The notes beneath the pieces are model-generated. The model made no database searches and was not told where the DNA came from. It was given only the letters and a program-made list of their open reading frames with translations. A stretch of 64,000 nt of DNA from the human T2T-CHM13v2.0 reference genome, Homo sapiens. How positions within the stretch are numbered: the stretch's first letter is position 1; each line of letters starts with the position of its first letter. The DNA is taken from assembly GCF_009914755.1 (NCBI RefSeq), contig NC_060930.1; one strand, 5' to 3'. Both the position numbers and the translations under genes were made by a program. Positions 28,094-40,299 of the stretch are shown piece after piece.

Positions 28094-31000
28094 TTTCAAA
28101 CATCATTATATATTTCCTCAGTTTTTTTTCTTACAGGCAATAGGTGTGAACTACTTACTAAGGTGGACTGCAATAAAAAATATTAACTTTGTCATAAAAT
28201 GTCGAATATTCATTAGTGTATTTATACATGTATGAGTCTGAGAAAGCCAGACTCCAAAGAGTGAACTATGCAATACGTATTTTATTTTTTTCTAATAAGG
28301 TATTGATTTTTGTTACAGATAAAGATTTAAAACTATCCAAATACTGCATTAAAGTGGCAAAGTGCTTATGAGAAATAAGATATCAGAGCTGAATTTCTAC
28401 TTTTATCACCATTGAGGGATACAGCATTCTCAAATGCATCCAGTATCATTATCTGACTAGAAAATTCTTGCTCAAATCATTGTTCAACAGAATACTGTTT
28501 AGATCTTATTTACAGTTTCCAATTGGACTTTAGGCAAGAAGCTCTTGTAGGCTTTAAATTCCACACAAAGGCACAATCACATAATCATGACTCTTCTTCC
28601 TCAAATATTTTACATGCTTCCTCATAAAAAGTAGAGCTCTTCAAAAGGTTAGGCCTATCTCCCTACCAGTATTGGATTGAGTGTACAGACAAAAACATAC
28701 CTCAAATATGTTTGGTAAAGATCAGAAAAAAACTCTAATTTTTCATTTTACAATGTAGACTTGTCACAAAGAATAAAGAATAAGAGAATAGCTGGAAGCA
28801 GTACCTCTTTCAAAGCGTAGGAGGGCAGGCTGTCAGCAAACCAATGGGACTATGACGAAAGGCCAGCATCCACTGTCTTTTAGTTTGTGGAAACCATTTA
28901 TTATTTTAAAAAATTATACCATTAATAAACTTAGAGGCATGGTATCTGTCATCATTACTGATTTGTATGCATGAAAAAACCTCCTGACCTTTTCTTTTTT
29001 AAATTTTATAACTCATGTGAATTCGGTTTCCTTAAGGACTTGTTAAACAGTACTATGGCTTTCTTGGTCATCCTGAATGCTAATTTTCTTCAGGTAATTC
29101 GGTTCGTGAAGACTGAAAGTCATTATTTGTTTATGACCTAATGTCATTCATTAGTTCTGTTTCATTAAAAAAATGGATATTACTGAAGAAATATGTTTAT
29201 CAAAGAAAAGATTCAAGGTGGGCTTTATTATCTTCAAGCATGTGGTCTATTAAGCAAAATAAGATATTCAGCAAAAGACTATGATAAATCAGTTTCTCTT
29301 TATTGAAGAAGCTACTTTGACATTTCCATTCCAGCTCAGTCTAAGTCTGCATGACAAACAACTGTTTCTTGCTAGCTTCTGTATTAATGTTTAAACTCTC
29401 TTTGGTAATCAGGACTTTTAAACATTTTTTATAATGATTTGGATAGAAATAGTCAAATTTATAATTACATTTGTGACAGAAAGGTGAACCTTCTAACAGT
29501 AGTATTTTTAAACATATCTCTATACTGAAGCAAAAAGAACAACCTAGCATCCTTTGCCTTATCATCTTCTATTCTATAAAATATGAAAATGGGATAAAAG
29601 TGAAGTATACACTGTGTTTTCACCCTACGCTTGAATTAAGAATTGCTTTCTTTCCTTCATATTAGAGTAAGTTAAAATTAGAACACTTTTTATTTAAATT
29701 GTCAGGTAAAATGTGTTGCTTTCAAAATATGCTTTCTTTTTAGTAAAATAAAGATCCACCTTTCTTTCTTATATTAAAATGCAAAGAAATGTATATTTTA
29801 GAGTAACATATGCATTTATTATTTGCAGGGGTCATACAGAATAGAGGTAGGCTACCAGAGTGCTTCTCCAGAGCTGATCAAGCACGTTAGCATTTGTAAA
29901 GTTCTTTTTTTTGTCAGGAGAACCAAAAAGACATACTTCCAAAATTAAAATGTAAATCATATGTTCAAAACTAAAATGAATTAATGAGTTAAGTCTTACA
30001 ATACCTGTTGGAAACACTTTCCACAAGACTTTTGTGATCTTTTATTTGATGGGCCATGAGCAACCAGAAATGAGTATGTTTTTAGATTCCTGGACTGCCA
30101 TGCTTCAAATATATTGATGTATCTTACTTTACATCTCTTTCTCTAAGAGGATTATTCAGTTACCACTTTTGAGCTTAAAAAAAATAGACTTTAATGTTGT
30201 ATTCCAGATAAATTCTTTTAAAATTCTGGTATCAACTTTTAAAATATTATCTTCTGAATTATCCACTGGATTTTTCTCCCTGGAGGCTCACTTTAGAGAT
30301 GTTCACACACAACTGCTGGTTTGCTTTAGATAAAGCACTTGTTCTCACGTTCTCATGTAAGTTTTATCACAAACAATGTCTAACTTCACTTTTATCATTT
30401 CGCTTCTTAATTCCTTTCTCTTTGTCACAAGTCCTGTGCTTTGTAGCTGTTTTCCTTATTTTTGTTTTTAATGTGGCTTACCTTTGCAGTTAAAATTCTT
30501 AGAAATTATTGTTACTTTGAATTTCAAATCAGAGGAATTAATTTTTTTAAAGTCTATAATGCAAACAAATTATTATGATATTGAATACACTAAAAATCTG
30601 AAGCATTTTTCCAGTTTAAATGATAATTATAATATAAACAAATACACTCTTATAAAATGTGAGTAAAATTAATATTAAGAGAGAATTTGAATAGCTTCAA
30701 TATTAACTCTAATATTATTTCATATACAAACGTTTTACAATTTATTTCCAGGATCAGAAAAGGAACCATATAAAATACCACAAAAAAAAATATAGGCTTT
30801 GCCTGAAGTGTTATAAGTAAAATTTAGAAATGTTCATAAAGATTATAAAGTTTCTTCTCAATTTGTTTAAGTTCAGAAACGTCATTAAAATGTTTATATT
30901 TGCTCACCTTTTTGGTAGGCACAGGCTAATTCAAGATAAAATAATGTAATGTTTTTCTGGGTGCTATGACCCCACATAAACAGTCCTGAAGACAAATAAT

Positions 31001-32303
31001 GTCATTCAGGATGCTAAGTGCTTACCTAGATACAGGACATGATAGGGACAGATCCCCCACCTGAACTGAAGCAAGTCAAAGAGGACTTGAGGCTAACCTG
31101 AGACTTGGAAGATGAAGAGTTCCCTGGCAGACAGGAGGAAAGAAAGACAAGACTAATGGGGAGTGTTGTAGGGAAAGAAACTGGCTTATCCAAAGTCATG
31201 GGGACACATAACAGCACAGACACATAAACTGTCAGTATTTTAGTTTGGTCTACGTCTAGGGACTTAAAGATCAAACCAACATCTTTAACTATACCAAGAA
31301 TATAATATAGTCCAAACAACGGCCCATAAATGTTCTAGGTATGTGGGAGTTTTTATGGCAGTCTTCATTAATCCCATGTTATGAAAAAGAATTATTTCTG
31401 ATGTTCCTGACAAATCAGCAGAGTTGCAAGTGAAGGAAGGAAAGTGGAAGAAGTTTGGAAATAAATGACCGTGATTTAATATGGAAGAATCACAGCAAGA
31501 GAACCCTGATATTTTGGTTCTAACTCCAGTTTAGTTTATAAACCTGCTTCGTATTCTAAACAAGTCATCACTGACCCTATATTTTCTAAATACAGGATAA
31601 TGTTTGGCCTAAATATGTTGTTTGTGTTTTAACAAAACTCTGTTAGTCAAGAGACAAAAACACAGTGTCATTGTTGGAAATGCTGAAAGAAATCTTGAAA
31701 TTCAACCTCCTTCATCCTATAGCTTCCTCCACTTCCACCTTCTACCTGCTTCCCCTTCTATCTTCCTTTTCCTGTTTCTACATTTTCTACCTTCCTATGT
31801 TAGCTCCTGAGCGTCTATGAATAAACCTAAAGCTTCATAAAATACTGTGGAAATTAGTGTCCAGATAACTTCTTATGTTCTTTCAGACCATATTTCTCCA
31901 TCTCTGAATGGTGTTTAATTAATAATCAATTAATAGTCAAAGGGAAAAGGGGAAATCTGAGGGCCTGTGATAATAAATAATAAATATAGTTAGGTTAATT
32001 GGTGGAATCTAATGAAGAGGAAAGGTATACTATAATGAAAGAAGGCAATAAATAAAATCTGGAACTAAAATAGTAATTGTAAATACTATCTATGAATTCC
32101 TTAGTGTCAGATATTTTAAATATTTAGTCTTGTTTAAATTTCCAACCATCCTGGAGTAGCTATACTGTTTCCTGTTTATACAGAAAAGTACATGAGTTAA
32201 ACAGGTTAAAAGAATAGTTTCTTATGGACTCCACTGACAACCTATGGAGAGACAATGCTTTTGTACTGGGCCCTTATAGGTGTTGAGCTTAATCTTCAGA
32301 GCC

Positions 32304-32510
32304 TCCTGTCCTGGGGTGGGGGGAGGGGGGAGGGATAGCATTAGGTGAAATACCTAATGTAAATGACCAGTTAATGGGTGCAGCACACCAACATGGCACA
32401 TGTATACATATGTAACAAACCTGCATGTTGTGCACACGTACCCAAGAACTTAAAGAATAATAATAAAACAAAGCAAAACAAAACAAATAACAACCACAAC
32501 CACAACAAAA
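32304..32510 (+). mobile_element. 5'-truncated L1PA 3' end with decayed A tail
   Basis: G-rich tract, ggatagcattagg...cacaccaacatggcacatgtatacatatgtaacaaacctgca...aacttaaagaataataa. Confidence 0.93.
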
Positions 32511-34394
32511 GGTTTAAAGTAAGCATATTCCCATTTTATAGCTAAAAACCTGAGATTCCAAAAGGTTAAATTAATTGCTCAACCTGAGGCCATCTGGCTC
32601 CTCTTCCAGTGCCCATTCCTCTACATACTTTATTGCTTCCTTAATCTCCACAGGAATCATTTCCCCTTTTCTATCAGCCTTCAAAAGCTTGTTGATTGCT
32701 CTCTAATTACAAATACTTGGAGAAAAGTGTGTAAATTGATATGCAAATGATCTTTTCCCCTTAGCAAATTAGCACTTTACTTCCATCTAATTAAGTAGCT
32801 TTGTGAAGGAAATGGATTTCTGAAAGAAGAATGGAAAGTGTTTGGATTTGTTCTGGGGGTGTTTCTGGTTTAGCAAGCCTTGTAAATGAGGTATATAAAA
32901 AGGAGTCAAGAGTAGGAGCAAACAATGAAAGCAGAGAAAAAACGAAGGGGGTTGGATGAAAAAATTTAAGTATAATGACTGACAAACCTTCAGGAGAAAG
33001 TAAACTGCCTTTCATCTTTCATTCTTTCTCCAATAATAACACTTTTTTTTAAAGTAAAATAAAACTTTAAGAAAGTTCTGATTTCTCTCAGACATCGGTG
33101 TTAACGCTGACAATATATTTATCAAAAATGGATATATTCAAGCCTAAACTACTAATTTTTGTTGTATCTAGAATTTACAGGACATTCTCTTAATTGGGAA
33201 GAAATTAATTCCTTGAGTATGTTACAAGAATTTTCCTTAGGAAAGAGTCACTTGTTGCAATAGGAATTAAGATATGGCTTTGCCATTATATATATTTAGT
33301 GGAATTAGGGGCAAGACATGTATGTACTAGCTTCTTCCATAATAGGACTGAAGCAGTTGCCTGAATGTTATCTTTAATTATTGCCAGTGAATAGTAATTC
33401 GGTACTGAATATGTACTGAATTGAACATGTAACTACCTGAAGTAAAAGGTGTCAATTTAAATTTTTCATTGAAAATATGGCAACTGAGATTCACAATAAT
33501 ATATTAAATCTTTATCCTCTAGCAATCTGTTTTTATGAATTTAACAAAATGTCTGTATGTAAGCAGTTTAGTTGTATGTGCTTGGGGAAAGCCTTTAGTC
33601 TTTATTAAATTATACTACCCAGGTCCATAAATAGCTAGTTCCTATAAGTTACACAATGCCATATTAAGTTATATTAGCCATTCTTCTTAATAATGAAAAC
33701 ATATTTAATAATAAAATATTATTTACCCTTCTACCTATGTTTCTTTGCCAGGTATTATACTCTTGTCTATACCACCAAATTATTTTTTGGATTTACAATG
33801 TTTATTTTTATATTTTATTCATTAAAATGTAATAAAAAATAATTGAAAACTGATGCTAATTGAATACCTTAGGAAGGATCAACTCTGCTGTTGGCAATTT
33901 CACTTATCTTATTCTAGTTGCCCTTTAAGAAAAATAAAGAGAAATCATATTGGCTGTTTTCCAGGAGATTATAACACATTGGAGAAGGGAGAATCTTTGT
34001 AGCAAAAAATAACTAGAAAACCATTGGGTGCCAGATACAAATTATGATGTAAATTATAAGAACCATTTTATTATAAACACTTCTATGGAAAAAGTGACAA
34101 ATATCACATATCAGAGAAAAGGTCAGACATTCAGATCTTAATTTGTATACAAAAAATCTTTTTACTGTTACTGAATACTGATATCCCAAGAGTAATTGAA
34201 GAAGTATGCAAGTACTATAAATTGCCTCCAAGCTACAATATTCTTTTGAAGGAGAAAAGATTAAAAGATTATAAATTCCATATTCCCAACCACCATCATC
34301 CCTCCATTATCTAGACTGTGTCCCTTCCAGTGTATTGTGAAAAATCTTCGAGAGATCATGCTGCCAATATGTCAAGGATTCTACTTTTTTGTAA

Positions 34395-34500
34395 CAGGTG
34401 AGGGCCTTTGATATCAAACAGTTCACCACCTTTATTCTTACAGGAAGACACTGAGGCCCAGAGAGGTCACTTGGGTTTGTCCTGTTGTGTTCTTAGAGGT
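34395..34500 (-). mobile_element. MIR3-like fragment
   Basis: ttacaggaagacactgaggcccagagaggt. Confidence 0.55.
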
Positions 34501-36965
34501 GAAGATTTGATACCAAGTCTGACATGTGATCCTCAACCAAGCAAGGGTTTCAACCTTGACTTGGTATCTTCATGCTCTGAATAGTCATCACTTTATTGTG
34601 CAATTTATCTAATAACACAATTGTGTCTGTAAAGAAAATACAAATGGAGAAAAGTTTCTGCAATTATTAAGCAGAATATAAACCTAAGGATATATAAAGC
34701 ATATATTTATCTCAATATTTCCATCTTCTCTTTCTCAAATCCAAGGTTTTCTTACTCTACTTTCAAAGAACAATATATATGATGTTTTAAATTTGAATAT
34801 AAAGAAGCCATTTAAATGTATTTTCTGAAATGTGCAACAGGCTGCAAGGGTTTTTTTTTTTTTTTTTGATGAATACATAATTGTCCTAGGCATTTTTAAT
34901 TTGTTGCATGGCAGATTTCCTGAATCAAATAGCAGCTGTTTGGGGAAAGTAGCAAGCACATTTTCTGCAGGCCCATTGGTTGCTGTTTTGCTTTCATATT
35001 CTCTCACCATTAACTATACAGCAACTAGAGCAGAGGAGTTGTTAACAAAATATACTTTCACTGCTAGCCAAACTATATACATGACTTAGTGGTAATATTT
35101 GATTTTATATCATTTACTTATGTCTCTGTATGTCTTACACCAAGGGACTAACACCCAATGGGAGAAAGAAAAAAAGGGAAAATTAACTAAGTATCTGTGA
35201 ACCATCAAATAGGCTCAGATAAAATAATGAGCCTTCAACAAGCTGGAATATAATAACATTAGGACTTTGGAGTTCAGTGGGCAGTTAGATGCACTAATGG
35301 CACTGCTGTGCTGGGAAAACATATATTTTATTTGGAATTTTTGTGTGGAGGTGATTGCACATTATATGAATAGCTGTGCTAAATGCATGAAGGTTTTCTG
35401 CCAGCATAGGAGGCGATTAAGGCCCCCTCTGCCAGATAACAGCTCACTGGAGGGAAGTAATGGTGGCAAAGTAAAATCTGAAAACAGATGATTTCCCATT
35501 TAATAGTCCATTGACTCTCCTCCTACAGCCACTGTGGTGATGGTGCTGCTCTTTATTTTCATTTCACAAAGAAGCACAAGGTATTCTGAGATTTTTTAGG
35601 TCATACATTTTCTTTCAAAAAGAAAGAGAGAGAAAAAAGATGAGAGAGAAAGAGAAAAGGAGAGAAAAAACACCAAGTATTGCATTAAAGAAAAATGCAA
35701 TTGATTCACTCATTCATTTTAAGAAAAAAAGATACTTATTTTTGTGTTTATTGAATGTTCATTGTAGTTCAGGATGATTTCGTTTTTTTTTCTTTCTCCC
35801 CTGCACCCCCTCGTTTGTGTCACTCATCCTCTAGGGAGCTGTATCAAACTTACAAAAAAGGGTACTGCATTTTGAATGTATATCCAACATGATTATGAGA
35901 CAGACCCAGCCCACACTGTCAGAAAAAAATAAAAAATGTGTTTGTCCGTTCAAACTGTGATTTGGATATAAAATAGCCAATATACTTTTACCATTTAAAA
36001 CATTTTCCCATTAATTATTTTTTCTCTTCTTTATCTTTTATGTGTTCTATATTCTCATACCATATATGTTGAATATGCTTATCTCATTTCACCATTTGTT
36101 TAAGCATAGCAGTTAATTTGTTTCTTCTTAAATATTCATCAAACAGAATTTTGATTAATTTAGATTTAAATTAAAATGTGTAAGTGTAGTATTGTCTATT
36201 AATAATTCCTGGTATTTCTGCCATAGGTCTTGAAAGTACCTTGGTCCATTCTGGACTATTTGTCTTTATTTACTAACATCATTTTCTGTCATACCACATC
36301 TATTTTTATGTACTTTTGAAAATAAGACAAATAATGATTCAGTCATCCAAGATTTGCTTAGGTATGGAAATATCAATTTTCAAATAGTCTTACAGTAAAA
36401 CAAATTTAAAAGGTCCTAGAAGGAAAAAAAAAGTTTTAGTTAAACTCACTTATTTGCAAACTACTAAAAAAATAAAATAAAATGCAAAACTGTACTTCAC
36501 CTTTATTTTATTGCTGGATGAAATTTTTTGTTTTCAGAATTATTTTCAGACAATACTGTAAATTTTTATGGCCAGAATCTTAGCATTTGCATTTTTTATG
36601 CCAGATATGCATTATTTTGATGTCTAGGTTCCTTCATCTTAAAAATACAGTTCATGCCAAGTTTTGGGAGATTGATCATTAAGCAAGCTGGCGATTAAGC
36701 ATAGCAACACTGAATGTATGGATGTAACCATTCAGATAGGTGGTTCTATCTAATATGTCCATTTGTTTTTTAGAATGATAAATTTTTAATAATTTTTACA
36801 ATTCCTTTAATCAGGCAGCTTCTTCTATAGGTACTCAGGACAGTTTAGTTTATTGATTGTTGCTTCACTTTTTGCTGTCAGAACTTGTGGATGTCTCTTT
36901 TCTATTCTAAAAGGCAGTTTTTACAGCAACAAATAGCATGCAAGTAAACTATAAAAATGTATTCA

Positions 36966-37318
36966 GCAAGGTAGGGTGACTCAGCCTGCAATCCCAACAT
37001 TTTGGGAGGCCGAGATGGGCAGATCACTTGAACCCAGGAGTTCGAAACCAGACTGGGCAACATAGAGAGACTCTGTTCTCTACAAAAATAAAAATAAAAA
37101 TTAGCTGGGAGTGGTGGTGTGTTCCTGTAGTCCCAGCTACTTGGGAGGCTGAGATGGGAGGATCACCTGAGCCCAGGGAGGTAGAGGCTACAATGAGCCA
37201 TGATTGTACCCCTGCACTCCAGGGATACATAATACCCTGCAGTGCACTCCAAGTGCACCCTGCAGCCTGGGCAACAGAGTAAGATCTTGTCTGAAAAATA
37301 CATAAATAAATAATAAAT
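36966..37318 (+). mobile_element. AluJ with a 43-nt internal insertion
   Basis: Alu dimer, (TAAA)n tail; extra sequence at 37223-37265. Confidence 0.93.
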
Positions 37319-39873
37319 ATGTTTTTATTTTTACTGCATATTCTCTTCTTTAATAAGTTGTTCTACATTTCATTTTTCTTTATTACCTCTTTTAAAACTA
37401 TACCACTTTCTCTGGTCTTTCTGTTGTTTGCATTTCATGCCTTTGACTTTTCTTAACCCTATGGAATTCTGACATACTTACATGGAACACATATATTATT
37501 TAATTCACTACATGTATATATCATTTATTTTACTTGCCTTTAAGAAATTACTTCTCACAAAAAAAAGAAATTACTTCTTAATTTCAATATGTTTCATGCT
37601 TTTCAAGGAACTCAATATTTTCACTTAGGCCTTTTTTTCCGATTTATTTTTGTAAGAAAGTTAAATCTATGTCAACTCTAAAAATACTTTAATCCATTTG
37701 TGCTTTAATAACCTCATTAAAGGGGGAAGGAGTAATGAAGTGATGTTCCTACTTCATTAAATATACTAGTAGTGAGAACTACATATGGTGGTTTTATAAT
37801 TGTTATTATTCACAACTACATCCTGAACATTTCTGAAAGATTTATAGTGATTAGCAATATTCTTCTTTTCAAGAGAGAAAAATTATGGTATGAAGAGATT
37901 AGTAATTACCTAAAGATTTTATTGGTTACTTATACCAGGAGTAGGCTAGAACTGATATCTACTAAATCTTTCTATTAGGTAGTCCATTAAAAACAAACAA
38001 ACAACAACAAAAAAATTTCTGTAATTTGACCTTATAGTGCTATATTGAATTGTACTAATTATGATGGCTTTATCTTCCTTTGACTTTCAGATCCAAGTAA
38101 TACCTGTGCATTTGAATCTACATGATCTAATTGTGTTTATACTTACGTCTTTCACAATTTTTACTACTATTGAGGTTGTTTGTATAAATACGGTAAATAG
38201 ATCTGATAACAACTCATAGCTCAGGAATTTATATATGGTGTTAATGAGCACAAGATTAGTGATTCAAACTACATTTTAGTTCCATTTTATAAGGCTTCAC
38301 CTTCTTCTCAACCAGACAGTGTATCTGGACTGTATACAAAGAGGGATGGATGCCAACTGTGAAACCCAGTTTTGAAATGTGTTTTTGTTAGGCAAGATGA
38401 GGACCAAAGGAATAAAATATTATGAGATGGTGGGGAGGAGATAAATGTCTAATTCCTAGTCTAAGGAAATATGTAAGATGGTGGAACCAGAGTCAGAATC
38501 CAAGGAAGTCTGGGGCCAAAGCTGACAGAAGAAACAAATAAGATGCAAAAGCAAAGGATTTAAGATGTGATCAGCATGGAATAATCTGGGAGAGGATGCT
38601 GTCATTTTTACTGCCAGTCCTTTTAAGGGTCCAATCCTTCTTATCAGGGATACATCTGCCCATTTTAAAAACATCATATTTAGAAATTGCATTCTGATAC
38701 CAGACATCTTATAGAAAGTTGTGCTTAGTCATGCCTGGAGTAGGTGAGACAGAAAGAATGAGTAGTTAGAGTCCATGCTCACTTTTAGAAAAAAGAATTC
38801 AAAGCATATGCACTACTTTGAGTGAGTCAGTATTGTCGTCTTCAAATGCAAAGGATAACAAGTAATTTCTCCATGGCCAGGGTTGATAAAAAGTGACTCA
38901 TGTCAAAGATTTATCTTTTTTTTCTCCAGGCATAGTGTTTCACAAAAAATAAATCTATATAAACTGCAAAAGTAAAATGTTCATATATGGACAACTAAAA
39001 GACAGTGTTTATCCATTCCATTATAGACATTGTACAACTATGAGTCATAGTGGCAAAATGACAAGTTTTCCACTGTAGCATCTAAGATTTAAAAATAAAA
39101 GAAAATTAGAAATCTCAAAAATAATAGTAGATTGCAAAATACCTTGCAACATTTTTTGAGTCAGCCAATTACTAGAAACTGGAACATATGTTTATCTGAG
39201 AAATACCTTTCAGCTGCCTTCCTCCATGGCTGTAAGATACATTTTGCACTACACTGCAATACCTATAATTATAGGACTATAATTTTAGGATTGGAAGGAA
39301 CCTTATTGATCAGTTAGTTAATCCCTTCTTTTCACAGCTGAAGAATCTAACAACTAAACTGGTTAATGAATAAATAGTAAGTGAAGTCTAATAAAACATG
39401 TTTGAAGGCTAATAGCATCTATATAATAAAGACTAAATAGATACACATTCAAAATATGACTTCACTGTTGGGCAACATAAGACAGCTAGTGGAGAATTTA
39501 GATTTCTCTCTTTCTAACTGATTGTCATGTCTTATGGAGGAAATTCTCAAAGATAATGTTAACATATGTTGGGATAAACCCTTTCTGCTTTACCTCTTCT
39601 TGTTATCTTTTTCTTATTTTAGATTGTGTAGTGTTACAGATATATTTGTATAACCAGTGGTATATTTTATGTACTCTATGAAATTTCTCTTCTCTCAAGA
39701 AAGTTGTAGACTAGCCATATTTATCTTAGGTTGAAGATCATATGTTCTGTTTTGCCCTGGACATTTCTGGTTGTCATAGGGTAGTAGTTAATAATACCCT
39801 CTTTCACTTTTCAAAATACCTCAGTTTGAATGATAAGTTATATGTCCACCCTTGCCTTAGGTATAGTCTTTAT

Positions 39874-40299
39874 AAAAAAAAAAATTTAACTTTTATTTTA
39901 GATTCAGGGGGTACATGGACAGGTTTGTTATATGGGAATATTGTGTGATGCTAAGGTGTGGAGTTTACGTTATCCCATCACCCAGATAGTAAACATAGTA
40001 TCCAATAGGTAGTTTTTCAGCCCTTGTGTCCCTCCCTCTCTTCCCCTTCTGGTAGTTTCCTGTATCGATCGTGCCCATTTTTATGCCCACGTGTACCCAA
40101 TGCTTAACTCCCACTTATAAGTGAGAACATGTGGTACTCGGTTTTCTGTTTTTGAGTAAATTTGCTTAGGATAATGACCTCTAGCTGCATCCTGTTGCTC
40201 CAAAGGACATGATTTTGTCCTTTTTCATGGCTATCTAGGATTCCATGGTGTACATGTAACACATTTTGTTTACTCCATCCACTATTGATAGACACCTAT
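39874..40299 (-). mobile_element. 5'-truncated old L1PA (L1PA15/16-like)
   Basis: L1 3' UTR reverse (ctcccacttataagtgagaacatg); TSD gta(t/c)agtctttat at 39861-39873 and 40300-40312. Confidence 0.9.

Noticed and set aside
32741-32748. Octamer ATGCAAAT (others near 11358, 47423, 54175)
   Set aside because: Several matches are expected in 64 kb of AT-rich DNA; no clustering.
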